Shown: one piece after another, positions 1 through 13,081 of the stretch
How the letters are laid out: every line of letters starts with the position of its first letter
Position numbering within the stretch: the first letter of the stretch is position 1
DNA from: Lepidodermella squamata
Lineage: Eukaryota; Animalia; Gastrotricha
Length of the DNA: 64,000 nucleotides
NCBI GenBank assembly: GCA_047495785.1
Contig: JBLDXI010000025.1
Location: 2,170,001 to 2,234,000, forward strand
Reading direction: 5' to 3'
The notes under the pieces: model-generated
The model's database searches: none
Seen by the model: only the letters and a program-made list of their open reading frames with translations
What the model was told of the DNA's origin: nothing
Position numbers and translations under genes: made by a program

Positions 1-108
1 GTCGAAAGAGCCATATCTGTCATGCAGCAAGCAGCAGCGTACAGGCCGGTATTGTTCAAAAAAGCAGAGGAGCACCCAATTTCCTGGGTTCACAACTTCG
101 ATTCGTAA
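1..108 (+). CDS. 3' end of divergent nuclear receptor paralogue NHR-0 (partial, starts before the window)
   Basis: Frame 1 reads VERAISVMQQAAAYRPVLFKKAEEHPISWVHNFDS*. This aligns with the last exons of the paralogues ending at 3843 (VDRATAVMKQTTAYRPIFLKKADAHPTSWV) and 6627. Confidence 0.85.
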   Translation, partial: VERAISVMQQAAAYRPVLFKKAEEHPISWVHNFDS

Positions 109-559
109 TTTAAGAATCGCTGTAATTTGCTGTTTTGCTACTTGTTACTGAAATAATACATATCTCTGTTTGCTTATCCCGATAGTGAATGGGATCGCTT
201 ATTATTTTCTGACCAATTAGTTTTGAATCTCTCAGAGCAGTGGCTGAATGTTAGCCTTTCGTCCAGTGAACGCATTCTCATTCTGATTTTTCAATAAACT
301 CTCATTGAGTCAATATGATTGTTATCATGAAAGGTTCTTCCCAGTCAAGGTGATACAAAGAATTCTTTAGATAGGATCTTGATCGGAATCACCTTCATCA
401 AAGATCAAAGCAGATTAAGACGAACTTATTGCTTCGAGTAGGCATATTATCAATTGGATTCATTAAACAATTGGCAACTTCTATACACTGCTACTAATTC
501 ATTCTGGCAGTGCTCTCGCTCGAGAACGTACGAGCGCCTGCTCTTGTAAAGAGCGTAAA

Positions 560-960
560 ATCGATGTTGGATACTGTAATTACGGCATGAAAATACGTCG
601 CAGGGAATTTGTTTCACTTTCTCTTTTGCAAGGTTATGACCCCGTATGCGTATGACTTGGACTTCTATCCAAATGGGGATAGAAGCTTGGGAGAAGATTG
701 GATTTTGGATGATAATATGGATGTTCAGAAGTCGTGTTGTTGCCAAAGCGATGTTGTAAATTCTAAGTCACGATATCATTCACTGATTTTCACTCGCCAC
801 ATGCATGCAAGCTCGTTGAATCTTTTGCATATTCATATTACTACTCTGGATTTTGGATATGTTTTTTTCTTGAGGTTGAGGTGAAAGCATTAACAGCGAA
901 ACGGCACACTCCGGTATAACTCTATGCTTGAGTCCACGTGCTTGCTGGGCTTTTGTATTC
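560..960 (-). mobile_element. Possible degenerate 3' fragment of a CR1/L2-like LINE ORF2
   Basis: Broken frames on the minus strand give RLRIYNIALATTRLL..IRGHNLAKEKVK..FSCR. This resembles the RL..L..RR..RGH..K..F..R C-terminus of the LINE ORF2 at 15682-18069. Boundaries are approximate. Confidence 0.3.
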
Positions 961-2218
961 TCGGCACTAGATGTGCATTCTAGTCGACATTACGCGTTTT
1001 AGAAGCCTCATAACGGTGCCCTAATTCGCACCTCATTCAACGAGAAATCTCGGAAATGTTTATTTTTCGCTTACTATCTTCCTTAAAACAAATCATACGA
1101 CTGGTCTGAAGCATTCCTTGGTGAAAAGGTTGCCCAATTTCAATTCACCTCCAATTTAACCTCTGTTACGTTCGGGGTACTGTAAATCATGAGACGTAGT
1201 GGCTCGACGGGCTCGAAGCCTAACCACAGGGGGGACCCTTATTTTTTTTCCCTGGCCCCAGCGGAAACTTGAGCGATATAAGGGAGACCCTTACCTATAT
1301 CCCCTTTCGGCAAAATGTCCATCTTCTACACTGAAATTGAAGAAAATATCAAGGTGTTAATTTTGAAGAGATCTGACTACACACATGTGGTTCTTTGCAT
1401 TCTGGCTACTTATCGCCAAGAAATCGACGGTTGAAATTTTAAATTTTTCGATTTTTGTCCTCCAAGAAATTGATGAATCAGCAGACTATCTGGCGCCCAT
1501 GGCTTTACACCCCTTTTCTCGTGAGTAGACATTCTATACTGATATTATGTCCATGGCAAATTCACATTTTGCACATTTTGCACCCGTTACCCATGTGCTT
1601 ACTCGCATGGCGCTCTTTTTTATTTCATAATTCGGCGATCGTAATTGATTATAAATAGATTGTTAAACCATTTGAAGCTAATATGACTTGATTATCAAAG
1701 TGAGGCGTATCTAAAAGGCAAAATATTAAGAAATGGTGATACATGGCGTCGGAGATTGAGCAATGGGGTAATTTTTAATGAAGGACACCCGGAGTGGGTT
1801 GATATGGTGTGCTTCATTGCGCAATTTTTAGTAATTCAATAATGCATTTCTGAAATAGCTCTGAGCCTGCGAGCTCGATCGATAATTACCCTACTTTGGT
1901 TTCGGCAAGTATTACAGCGCAATTCTAAATAGAGTATTCTCTATGAATTCCGTGGTCCGAGAAAGTTATCTTGCGGAAAATGGGTAACGGTGAGTAAGAA
2001 GCTGTAGTGGTAACAAATGCGCTATTATTTAGAAACGATTTTAATGTTTTCAGTCGTTGTTTGATAGTGACCTTTTTATCCGACACAATAATAGTTTTGC
2101 CTACAAGCCACCTTTACTCGTTTTCCGGGCGTCCTTTCCTCATATTTAATTTGACCATTAAATACTTGTTTAATGATCATTATTTTAGCAATTTTACTAG
2201 GAACTGACGGAGATAAGC

Positions 2219-3843
2219 ATGGAAGTCAACCTGGGTCGTGTTTTATGTAGGGTAAATTGCCTTGATTTCAAACAAAATTTCTTTTAATATCTGTCAATTC
2301 CATCCAGATTTGCGGCAAAGCTGTTACAAAAAGGAGGGATTATTTCCCAAATCAATGCGCGGCGTGTGAGGTAAAGCTGGCGAAAACTGATTAAAAAAGG
2401 GAGCATTACAGTGACATCTCTAGAAATTCTTTGGTCGGCAAGCTCTGAGACGTTCTGAAATCCATTGTGTCACTGGCAGGAATGATTGCAAAATCGTCCC
2501 GGGAAAAACTCGCAGATGCTGCACGCGTTGCCGCCTCGAAAAGTGTTTCGCTTATCGTCAAGGTAAAATATTACTGATATGGAATGACCTATGGGCTTCT
2601 GAATTTGCGTTCCTATTCTGTATATTCGTTATGCGAAGAGGGTATTTTTCCGCCCGAATTTTCGCGTCATCCCTGTGGTTTTTCCTGAGTTTTAGCCTTT
2701 ATCCAAGGCCTCTTGAACTGTAGGATACAATAGCGCCCATTCTTTTCGTACACTCTTAACGCTGTTCGTTTAATTGAAATTTCCTCAGATAAGAGACGTC
2801 GGTCGACTGATGCCTCCGGCCAGAGAGTAAGCAGCGATAGCGATGCTTCTAACGATTATGAGACGACATCTCTCAAAATTGCTGCCGTTGGCTGGAATTC
2901 AACGATACCAAGAACCCCCGATCTTAACCACCTGGCACTGGCGGAAAAAGCTACTAAATACTCAACGATTGGGCTCACCTTTCTGCATGACTTGAATTCG
3001 GTAATTTAAATCTTTGTTATTCGATTTCAGAGCTCATTCATTGCCCAATTTAGCTGCCACTGCGACGTCGAAACGTCCCTTATGATGACATCACTCAGCT
3101 AGTATCAGAATTCACCACCGGTCAAATCAGGATCTACAACGAAGCGAGCACCAGCTTTGCTAATTACATGAAAGGTATTAAGATACTGTTGCCGATTCTT
3201 GTTCATTCTGATGTCCTTGCAGAAGCTTTTGGAATTTCTCGTCGCGATTTAGCGGAAGCTGTCGCGACAGGGTGGTCTTCAACTGTGCTAGGCTTCACAT
3301 CGCAACCCGGCAACGCAAATCCAATGCCAGTTAACGAAGCTCTCTTGCCCCAATTTCTCGCCGTTTTCCCTGAGTTCGAGGTAAAAGCCTTCCCACGCCC
3401 CAGTAACACAAGAACTCGTGAAAAGCGGTACGAATCGAAATTGTTCTATTCCATATATTTTCAGCTTGTCGTGATGTGGGGTAAGGAGCTATCACATGTG
3501 TTGAACGGTTGGCGGCCAACAATGCCTGAGCACGCTTTATTCCTCTGCTACCTATTTTTCAGTGGTAGGCGTCTACATCTTTGTTAATTTGTGGTAATTT
3601 GTGATAATTTTCTTATGCGCAGGATCTTCGACTCCGGCATTGATTCGACTCTCAAACATCTTGCGAACATGTTTGGCAATGCATTACGCTGCTGCAAGGC
3701 GTGGATGTCCAACGCAGGACAAGAACCACGTCGATAGAGCAACTGCTGTTATGAAGCAAACCACAGCGTATAGGCCGATCTTTTTGAAAAAAGCCGACGC
3801 CCACCCAACTTCCTGGGTACGGACCGTCAAGCCATCATTATAG
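2219..3843 (+). CDS. Divergent nuclear hormone receptor NHR-1 (C4 zinc-finger DBD plus divergent LBD), multi-exon
   Basis: Spliced translation: MEVNLGRVLCR|ICGKAVTKRRDYFPNQCAACE|KFFGRQALRRSEIHCVTGRNDCKIVPGKTRRCCTRCRLEKCFAY, giving two C4 fingers with the FF.R and C..CRL.KC hallmarks. LBD-like segments follow: FANYMK|EAFGISRRDLAEAVATGW and LSHVLNGWRPTMPEHALFLCYLFFS. Introns are GT-AG. Confidence 0.85.
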
Positions 3844-3972
3844 CCACTGCGATCGAATGAGCATTACCTTTGTATGGTGTGGCAGTGCGAGCGAATTTTG
3901 CGTTTCTAATAGTCCATTTGTGGCAATGTTTTCACTCAATAATTCATGACGAAAGGCAGGGAAATCAATAAA

Positions 3973-4413
3973 CAGTAGTTTTGCGTTAAGCCAGACACTA
4001 CCCGCGCCAGACGATTATTGTAAGCCGGACATGCCGGTATGAGAAAAGCTTCAACTATTTGAAATTCGAGTCGAGGCATTGTCGGGTAAGGACTCCTCAT
4101 AGTCAGGGTCGCTACTCTCTTCAGATGTCGATAAGGTGGGCGACAACTCGCACTTGGGCATGGCTAATTTCTTAGAATTTCTCAACAGCTCAAACAGATC
4201 TTCTAGAGAAACACTATCAGTAAATAGCACAAATAAGTAAACCCGTGGTAACATTTCTAGCTGATTCGGCTCACAGCTGTTCCTTTTTATTGTTAGGCGG
4301 GTTTTTTCTAGAAAATTGTATAAGCCGGACATTTTGATGTTTAATTCACTTAAAATCTGTCCGTTATAACACATGCCAAGCTAAATGGCGTCTGGCTTAA
4401 CGCAAAACTACTG
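3973..4413. mobile_element. Tc1/mariner-type MITE (441 bp)
   Basis: 24-bp perfect TIR cagtagttttgcgttaagccagac / gtctggcttaacgcaaaactactg with CAGT termini. TA on the right flank (left flank is AA). Internal repeat taagccggacat occurs twice. Confidence 0.75.
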
Positions 4414-4852
4414 TAGCTTATTTACCGTACTACATACCAGAAAATGATGGCTTCCTCAAATAAATAAATCATTTGGAGCAGTAAGGGATTGTTGGTCTTA
4501 AACGCTTGACAGTTCTGAGAGTCGAAGCAGGCATGGGCGGCAATATCGTCAAGCCTAATAAACTCCTATAAACTATACAAGTAGACATCGGACACCTTTC
4601 CTTTTTCTCCTTCTTCGTGATGACGCTGTGCGAGTGAAGGAACATCATTTTTGTTTTCATGTCAAGTAGAACTGCAATCAACACTACGTGCATCCTCTCA
4701 CGGCGTCGTTTTTCTCACTTCTCTCTCAATGAAACATGGGCGCGTGCTTTAACAAAAAACCGATAAATCAATTCAGCTCATTTATCATCTTCCACGCTTG
4801 ACAGCTTCACGTTCCAAATCAAAATTCAGCTAAAACAATTTAGAGCGCTATT

Positions 4853-6627
4853 ATGGACCACAGCAGCAACTGGCTTGAGCGGAAGCAGAGAGATACAATC
4901 TACTGCAATGTTACAACTTTACATGATTTTACATGACATTTCTATTCCATTTCTTTCACAGATCTGTGGCAAAGTTGTCCCACCGAGAACGAAATACCAC
5001 CCGCGGCAGTGTAGCGCTTGCCAGGTTAATTACGACGCAACCCTGTCATATTATCTTCCACTATTTATTTAGAAATTTTTCGCTCGCCAATCCGATCGAA
5101 GATACGAATTTCAGTGTGTTACTGGAAGATTTGACTGCGTAATATCAACGAAAAAAACTCGTGGCTGTTGTACGCGTTGCCGGCTGGAAAAGTGCTTTGC
5201 AGTGCGCGAACGAAAACGTATGCTATTTTTCGTGATTACCCCTGAAAGAAACAATGAAATTGCCCAGTATTTGCCGCGTCTTCTACAACTGATTCTAGGT
5301 TGGACCAAGATGATTCGGCTCTATATGTCAACCCTGATGGAGAACATTCGGCAACTTCAAAAATTGCTTCCGATAGCTGGAATTCAATGATACCAAGCAG
5401 TCCCGATCTAATCCAATTCAGTGCGGCAGAGAGAGCCACGAAAAACTCAATTATTGGGCTCACAGTCCTACATGACATGTATTCGGTAATTTATCGTTAC
5501 TTCCCTTGTTCGTATCTAACAATTTTTACCGACCAAATTTAGTTCCCGTTGCTAAGAAGGAACGATCCTTACGATGACGTTACCAAGTTGGCATCAGAAT
5601 TTTCCAACCATCACATTGGGATGTTCAACAAAGCAAGCTCAAGATTTGCACAGTACATGAAAGGTACATTTATTACCAGGCTGCTGATCATAAATGACGT
5701 CTGCTTTATTCTTGCAGAAGCTTTCGCCCTGCCTGATGGCGTGTTAGCAGAAACAGTTGCGATAGGATGGCCTTTAGTCGCACTTGCTTTCCCATGTCTA
5801 CCTGGCGATGAAAACCTAATGTGCATCAGCAAAGCTATCATGCCACAATTTCTGTCTATTTTTCCCGAGTTCGAGGTAAACCTTCTGCCCTTCATTTCAA
5901 TTATTCGTTGGATATGCACGTTTTGATAATTAATTACTTATCTTCCGAAGTATTGTAGCTAATGGGATCCTCGGAGCGGGGGTACCTTTGTGTAGTTTTG
6001 GTCCAGTTCGGACCAAAGTATAGGTAACTTGTGGGATTTTCGGGTATTTAATCTCGACCCCTCGAGGTAACTCTCGAGATATGGTACCCTCTATAAAATC
6101 GATCACCAAAATCGGATCATGAATCGGATCGGATGCCTGAATCCTGAATAAAGGCCCAGTTTTTTCTTGGTTTTCGGATTTCGAAAATATATCAGCCTGG
6201 ACTAGTATCTCAGCATGATTTTAAGGTTTAAGGTATCTGCCCTTTTTGCAGCCTGTCATTATTTGGGCGAAGCAGCTTTCACAAGTCTTCAGCGAATGGA
6301 AACCGACAATGCCGGAATTTGCTCTGTTCCTTTGCTACCTGTTTTTTAGTGGTAAGCGCTAAGCCGTAGTGATTCATTGTATGTAACCGCGATTTTTTTC
6401 CCAACTCAGCATCTAAGAATCCGGCATTGCTTCGACGATCAGATTTATTGCAGAAATCGCTCATCATAAATTACGCTTCTCTAAGAAGAGGCTGTCACTG
6501 GCCGGACGAGAATCACGTCGAAAGGGCAATTGCTATAATGGAGCAAGCTGCAGCGTATTGGCCGACATTTTTGAAAAAAGCGGAGGCTCGCTCAAGTCCC
6601 TGGTTGCGAACCATGGATTTAACATGA
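4853..6627 (+). CDS. Divergent nuclear hormone receptor NHR-2, multi-exon
   Basis: MDHSSNWLERKQRDTIYCN|ICGKVVPPRTKYHPRQCSACQ|KFFARQSDRRYEFQCVTGRFDCVISTKKTRGCCTRCRLEKCFA. Exon structure matches NHR-1. Ends ...KKAEARSSPWLRTMDLT*. Confidence 0.85.
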
Positions 6628-7183
6628 ATCTTAACCACGTTTTAAGCTGCGGGCTAGTTCGATGATTGATGATGCCGGCTAGTTCATTACTACATGCTTA
6701 AAACAAAATAAAATGTTTTCGATGGTAATAAGGAATAAGGTGCACAATATTTTTCGATTATGAACCACTGAACCATTCTTCGAGGTTTTATTGATTTTTT
6801 TGCGGCACAAAAACAAAACTGATACATCATTTTAATAGTGATCGTAAAAAAAAAATTTCAAAGTGGCGACGGGGCCCATGATTCGTTGATTTGGTATAGC
6901 AACGAAGTCGATTTTCACACTTGAGCTTGCTGAAACGAATTTCACACTATCGAACCCAATGAGGTTACCGAAATTAGGGCATTCGGTTCCCTAATTCTCG
7001 TGGCTGGCGAAGTATTAGGAAAAACGCAAAAAAGCCGACTTGTAGATTGTAGATTGTACGGTAAAACTTTATAATCATTTTTTCTTTTTATTTGTGGAAG
7101 ATTCTACGCTAGAATTTGAATTGGGTTATCAATTATTTACATTACATTCAGGGCGAAAATGTAATAGCTCAAATCTCAAATTC

Positions 7184-8452
7184 TTACAAGGAATACAAGA
7201 CAACTGGGGTAAGAACAGTCACAAGAATGCCAACCACAAACAGAGACATGTCTATATAAAATATCAGTCGATGATTCTTCTTGCTAGCAATCTCCTCTTC
7301 AACATCTCGAGCCATGCTATCCAAGGTTGTATCGGCTGTTGGCGGATATGACGACTTGTAAATAATAAATCGTCCGAAAAATATTTCCGGTCCTTCAAGG
7401 TAGAACAGAACCGCTATTGATTCGACTATGAATGCCGCATTGATGCAAGATAGAACAGCAATACAGATGAGTAGGGCAGAATTTGCAACTTTGGGAACGC
7501 TTGACGTAACCACTGATTGAATGATCCAAAATGCCAGAAGTATTGTTATCAAAAAGGTCGAACGATCAGGCGAATGTGGGAACCATAAGGCGACTATTTG
7601 AAGAATAGCAACGAGCCCACTTGGGATGATGATGGTCTGAATGTGATAACCTGGTCGTCGTCGAGCCGTAAATCGGTAGGTGAGCACAGTTCGGTCATTA
7701 ATGCCGGTTCGTTGGATAACTTCAATCCCAGTCAATGACCATACTGAGCCGTTGATAGATGCATTTTCCTTGCCAATTATCCAACTGACAGAGTTCATAC
7801 CAGTCCCACGCGACAAATCCGGATAAAGTTTGACCTGATGGTCATGAGCAATAGGTGCCCAGATGTAGTCGCATGAGTGCGAGTCGAAAGGGAAGTACTT
7901 GATACCCTCTTCCATTCGACAGTTGGCATAAAAATAGGAAAAAACGAACCAAGAGCAGGTGCTGTTTGGTGCCTTTACGTCCTTCACCGTATTCCATTGT
8001 ATCGAAGTTTGTGATACCTGCCTTATTGAGGTGAACAGGTCAGGGTTTCTTGGATCGTTGAATTGCCAAATGACTGGTTGCCAAACTTGCGTGGCCGGAA
8101 TCAGGTAGTTAATAATGAACGGAGATGTGGTTTTCCCCAATTTCGAGACGTTGTCATCTTGCCAAGTGAGTTTAACTCGACCGAGAAATGTCATTGTCTC
8201 AGTTAAGTCATCGATCCCATCAAATGTTACGACGGAAACCTCAAGCGTCGTCTTAACAGGATACAAGCCATCCGAAGTTGGATTCGGCTGTTCTAAAGTT
8301 GGGTATGTGCTCCAGAAGGCTTTTGCAAGTCTCTGCGTTTCGTTACCAAATCGATAATTGTCTTCATCGGAAGCGAAAATCAGTGACTCCATTAGGATGC
8401 AATAATCCGTTAGGACGGCTGAAAGGATACAGATGACTCGAAGAGTTTTCAT
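7184..8452 (-). CDS. Cys-loop (pentameric) ligand-gated ion channel subunit, intronless, divergent
   Basis: 422-aa ORF with a hydrophobic N-terminus, VWQPVI (WxP motif), Cys-loop CRMEEGIKYFPFDSHSC, pre-M1 RRRPGYH and four TM helices. M2 reads PDRSTFLITILLAFWIIQSVVTSSVP. Confidence 0.85.
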   Translation of the reverse strand: MKTLRVICILSAVLTDYCILMESLIFASDEDNYRFGNETQRLAKAFWSTYPTLEQPNPTSDGLYPVKTTLEVSVVTFDGIDDLTETMTFLGRVKLTWQDDNVSKLGKTTSPFIINYLIPATQVWQPVIWQFNDPRNPDLFTSIRQVSQTSIQWNTVKDVKAPNSTCSWFVFSYFYANCRMEEGIKYFPFDSHSCDYIWAPIAHDHQVKLYPDLSRGTGMNSVSWIIGKENASINGSVWSLTGIEVIQRTGINDRTVLTYRFTARRRPGYHIQTIIIPSGLVAILQIVALWFPHSPDRSTFLITILLAFWIIQSVVTSSVPKVANSALLICIAVLSCINAAFIVESIAVLFYLEGPEIFFGRFIIYKSSYPPTADTTLDSMARDVEEEIASKKNHRLIFYIDMSLFVVGILVTVLTPVVLYSL

Positions 8453-8582
8453 GGCTGTTTAAAACAAGTTCAACGAAAAAAAGAGGGCAATGAATTGCAG
8501 AGATTAGTCGTTCGCTCGGTAAGACTCCCTCATTAATCATGTATAAGCTCCGCGGTCCCATATTTACTGCTGTGCAGAAACA

Positions 8583-8755
8583 CCCAATCCAACTTGGATC
8601 TGCAAGCATTGATGATTGATTTTTTAGCCCCAGGGCTTTGAATCGCACAACGAACAATTTAATCTCAGGAATGCATATCTACCTGAACGGAACGCGGTTT
8701 TTGCTCGATAAAGAATTCAATCAGAAATGCGATTGGGGATAATAAAGAGAAATTA
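8583..8755 (+). repeat. Copy 1 of a ~150-170 bp direct repeat (copy 2 at ~12080-12233); marks the start of a tandem duplication unit
   Basis: cccaatccaacttggatctgcaagcattgatgattgattttt..agccccagggctttgaatcgcacaacgaacaatttaa is near-identical at both sites, followed by weaker homology (aagaattcaatcagaaat..ttgggga.aataaag). Confidence 0.9.
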
Positions 8756-10355
8756 TAGGAAAATCGGCATGCAAAAGCTTGTCCCAAAGTTTTGTACCTG
8801 TTTAAACATTGGCTTTAACCCGGATTTTGTAGGCCCGCGTTCAACACACACTAAAAGCGAGTAATAAATCATGACTTGAAATCACGAAACAAAGGGTCCA
8901 CATGTTTGCACCACTAAAAATGAGGATCCAGTTCCAGCACTGAAGTGCACTATAATAAATTGTTCAGATTCTTTGCGATTTCGGCGTTTTCGTTTTTGAT
9001 CGAGACTGCTGCCCTCCTTGAACCAATATAGGAAGTTTTATTTTAGCTACGTGGTGTCTAAGCTATTTAGAAAAATCATCGATGTTGGACATGTTAGACG
9101 GATATCGGAAAAATCACTGATTTGTTATATCGATACCTAATTGGAATCGAATCGGCGCTATTAGATGAAGTATAATTCATACATTGACCGCTCATAGCGC
9201 AAAATACGCGTAAAAATACGAAGAACTATCGGCTATCGGTTACATTGTGTTTCAAGTAATAAGTAGCACTTTGAACCGCGCGCTGATTGGTCAATTCATT
9301 GTTGCTATGACTCCGAGATGAAACAATTTATTCGTGCAATCCACTAATAAATTGTTTTCTATTTATGCAAAAAATGACCTTGCCACACCCTCTGCACGGT
9401 TTCCATTGACCACGAGCGTAAACCCCATAATAATCGTAGCTATTTACTGCGGCAAAAAACACTTGTTGCAAAAAATTTCATGGATCGCACAACCAAAATG
9501 TTTCATCCGGGATTAGCAAGCCAAAAATGTTGGAAAAATACCTTTTTTTATCGGGATTTTTATCGAGGGTGATAGGTGGAGCTTTTAATTTAAAATTAAG
9601 AATTGTTTGATGAGTGATCGATTGCAAATTTTCACTGCTTGTATAATTCATGCCGATAAAATCGACACTGAGGCGGTCTAGATTCTATCATCGTAAACCG
9701 AAATAACGGGTTTCAAATCACTCAATGCTACTTCTCCCTCGATAGGTCGCTCGGAGGGAAATAATGAGAAAAAATGTGCCCCAATAAAAATTTAATTTTT
9801 TTTTAATTTTTTCAAACATCTAAATTGATGAGAGAGCGTTGGGCTCAAGTTCCTTACAATTTTTCCAGAATTTATTGCAATATTAAACAAATTTCCTGAG
9901 GCGAATGAGCTTTCCGCGTTATAGACTGCGATAACAACGAATAAAAGTTGAAGTTTCGTTGAAACACTATTGCGCAATGAGAGAACAATGCTGGTAATTA
10001 AAAATGCGCATTCAGTGGCGCTGAGACTTTTTGAACACACCCATTCGTTGCATGGGGAGATGTTTTGAGTAGGTACTTCACGGTTAAATCACATTCAAAA
10101 ACAAAAACAGGCACATTTTATAGCTCTTCCTTGATGACCGAGATCGAGAGAACATCTCTTTTTAATTCATACGATCAACTTTTAAGCTTTAGTAAACAAA
10201 TCTATGATGGTGTTATGATTCGATTACAACGGCGCGTGTGCTTTGGAAAAAAAAACAATCAATAAATCATTTACGTTTGTAAAATCAAAGCCGCGCCTTC
10301 CAGCTCAATCTATGTGATATTATAGAATTCAGTAAAATAATTTGATCTTGTACAT

Positions 10356-12064
10356 ATGGACAACAGCGACGGACGAAGAAAAGCCCGGAAACAGAAATCT
10401 ACAGTCCATTGCAACGTATTTTACCTATGGGTGAATTTTTTCAATTAGATCAAATCATTTTTTTTCATGCATAGGTATGTGGCAAAGTTGTCCCGCCTAG
10501 AAAAACATACAATCCTAGGCAATGTGACGCATGCCAGGTAAGTTATGTCTCATCTCTCTGTTGTAATTATGCCAAGGATTTTTCCAGAAATTTTTCACTC
10601 GGCAATTCCACCGAAGGCTGGAATTTCAATGCATCACTGGAAAGTTCAACTGCGAGATAGAACCTGGAAAAACTCGTGGCTGTTGTACCCGGTGCCGGCT
10701 TGAAAAATGCATTGCTTCCCGGCTAAATATTCGTATGTTTGCAGAAAAAAATCAATGAAATTTTTCAGATTTTAAAAGACAACTTGACGAGGCTTCAGGT
10801 TCGGAAAATGAGCCAAATGACTCGCCCTCTGGGACAGACCAAAGTAATTCGTCGCTAATCGTCAATCCCGATGACCCGTTCCGACTTAACGTGGTCGAAA
10901 AAGTGGCCAGAAACTCTATTGTCGGATTAACAATTCTACATGATTTATATTCGGTATGAATTGGTTAAAAAAATCGATGAAATTTAACACAAATTACTGC
11001 CTTTTAGTTTCCTTTACGAACACAAAATAAGCCGTACGAGGACATCAATATGTTGGCCGTTGACTTTTGCATCCACCATATCAGTATTTTTTACAATTTG
11101 AGTTTCAAATTTGCCAATTACATGAAAGGTTAGATTTGTTATATTTTTTAAGGATTTCCGTCGAATTATCTGCATTTTTTAGAGGCGTTCTCGTTGTCGG
11201 ACTCTGATTTTAACGCGGTTTTGACCACCGGCTGGGCACCGACGGTTTTCATTTTTTCAGCTCTGCCGAGCAACCATTCTGCCATGTCCATCACCGACGC
11301 TGTTCTTCCGCAATTTCTATCCATATTCCCAGAATATCAGGTAAATTGTACCAGGTTAAAAAATTGGGCAAAATCTTTGCCCTAATTCTTGGGAGATAAA
11401 TTGATGATCCAATATTAATATTTAACATTTAATATTCATAATTTGGGTTGAAATTGAAATCGTAATTTTTGGCAATAAGAACTGATATATTGCTACCCGT
11501 GTTCAAATTTATTTCGAATCTCGCAGTAGGAAATTCGGAATAAATTTGGAATAAATCGGGGCCATTTCGGAAATTTTAGGGAATAATTCTTAGATTTGCT
11601 AAAATATTCAATAAATTCAATAAAATAAATACATAGAATTTAACATGATTTTTAATTTAAATGTTTTGCAGGCGACTATCGATTTCTCAAAGGATATTTC
11701 GCACATTATCACCTGCTGGGAACCGTCTATGCCTGAATTCGCCTTATTACTTAGTTATTTTTCTCTTAGTGGTAAGTAGAACTTCGTTTTTTCAATGCTA
11801 TCGAAATTTCCGACTCTGCTTTCAGGAAAAGGTTTTCAGTCTACAAATCCTCGCCTGGCGCAACTTTCAAGGCTGGTTAAGCATTGTCTCGTTTCCATGC
11901 AATATTCAAACTCGCGTAAAAGCTATATCAATCAAATTATAGAAATTATGGGCAATGTGCTAACACTATTTCCGACTGCTGCTAAGATCACGGCGGCTCG
12001 CCAAGATTTTGCTTTCCCGGAGCAGCAATACAGCATGGTTTTGGAGAAGTTCTCCTCGTATTGA
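10356..12064 (+). CDS. Divergent nuclear hormone receptor NHR-3, multi-exon
   Basis: MDNSDGRRKARKQKSTVHCN|VCGKVVPPRKTYNPRQCDACQ|KFFTRQFHRRLEFQCITGKFNCEIEPGKTRGCCTRCRLEKCIA. LBD contains FANYMK|EAFSLSDSDFNAVLTTGW and ends QQYSMVLEKFSSY*. Confidence 0.85.
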
Positions 12065-12079
12065 ATATGGATAAAACAA

Positions 12080-12233
12080 CCCAATCCAACTTGGATCTGC
12101 AAGCATTGATGATTGATTTTTTCAGCCCCAGGGCTTTGAATCGCACAACGAACAATTTAAGCTCAGAAATTCGTTTTTACCTGCTTAAAGAATTCAATCA
12201 GAAATATTATTGGGGAAAATAAAGTCGAAATAT
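12080..12233 (+). repeat. Copy 2 of the 8583-8755 repeat, immediately after the NHR-3 stop codon
   Basis: Direct sequence identity with 8583 onward. Confidence 0.9.
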
Positions 12234-12544
12234 GCCCAGAGTCATTTTTTGAATAATTCTACGAATCGCCAAGCATGAATTCTGAATTAAACACTCAGTA
12301 ATTTTAATGGTAATTTTTCTATAATTATTGTGGCTAATCTTGACCCGCCAGAAATATCCGAAAAGCGATTTCAGGCCACTAGAAAATTCAAAAATTTGGT
12401 CCCGGTACAGCACATTAGGTTCCGCTAGAAAGAGGAGCTAATTATATGTTTTAGCCACAAGTTTCGAAATCCTGTCTAATAATGGTGTCAGAATTAGCGA
12501 ATTTCACGAAATTTCGTGTGAAACATCAACCAAAATGTATTATA

Positions 12545-12719
12545 CAGTACTTTTTGGCTTGTCCGGACTTGCATAGGCCGGACTTTGCCTAATTCGGACG
12601 GATTCAGGTGGCTCGTGCCGTGGACTCCACATATAAAATGCATTGCTTTATCCGGACTTCACATAATACGGACGAATTTTTGTGGCGCGCTCTTTGTCCG
12701 GTTTATTCAAAAAGTACTG
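12545..12719. mobile_element. Small Tc1/mariner-type MITE (175 bp)
   Basis: TA|cagtactttttg ... caaaaagtactg|TA: 12-bp TIR with TA TSD and internal repeated cggac(tt) motifs. Confidence 0.7.
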
Positions 12720-13081
12720 TATTTGTTCACATTTCAACCGCGAAATATTGGAAATTTTGAAAATTACTTTTTGGTGAACCGTTAACAATTCATTAATTAT
12801 GTTTTCGAACCCTCGACCCCTGGGTTACTAAATTAATGATGGGCGATTATATGCGACTGGGCTACTATTAGGACAAATACGATAGCTAGCCGATATATTT
12901 CATTGTTTTGACGGCTGGCTAAGAAAAAACTGACCGTAAACATCAGTGTTAAACATCAGAGTGAACCGTTCTAATTTCGGACGCAATGCTGAAACGTCGT
13001 TTTTCCACCAAAGGAGGTGGCTGGCGGCCCTCGTTAACGCAGTCTCTAATTTACGCATTGTTAATTGTTCATTGTTATTTT

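Noticed and set aside
4051-4374. 107-aa ORF inside the 441-bp MITE
   Set aside because: No transposase (DDE/HTH) motifs and a non-ATG start.
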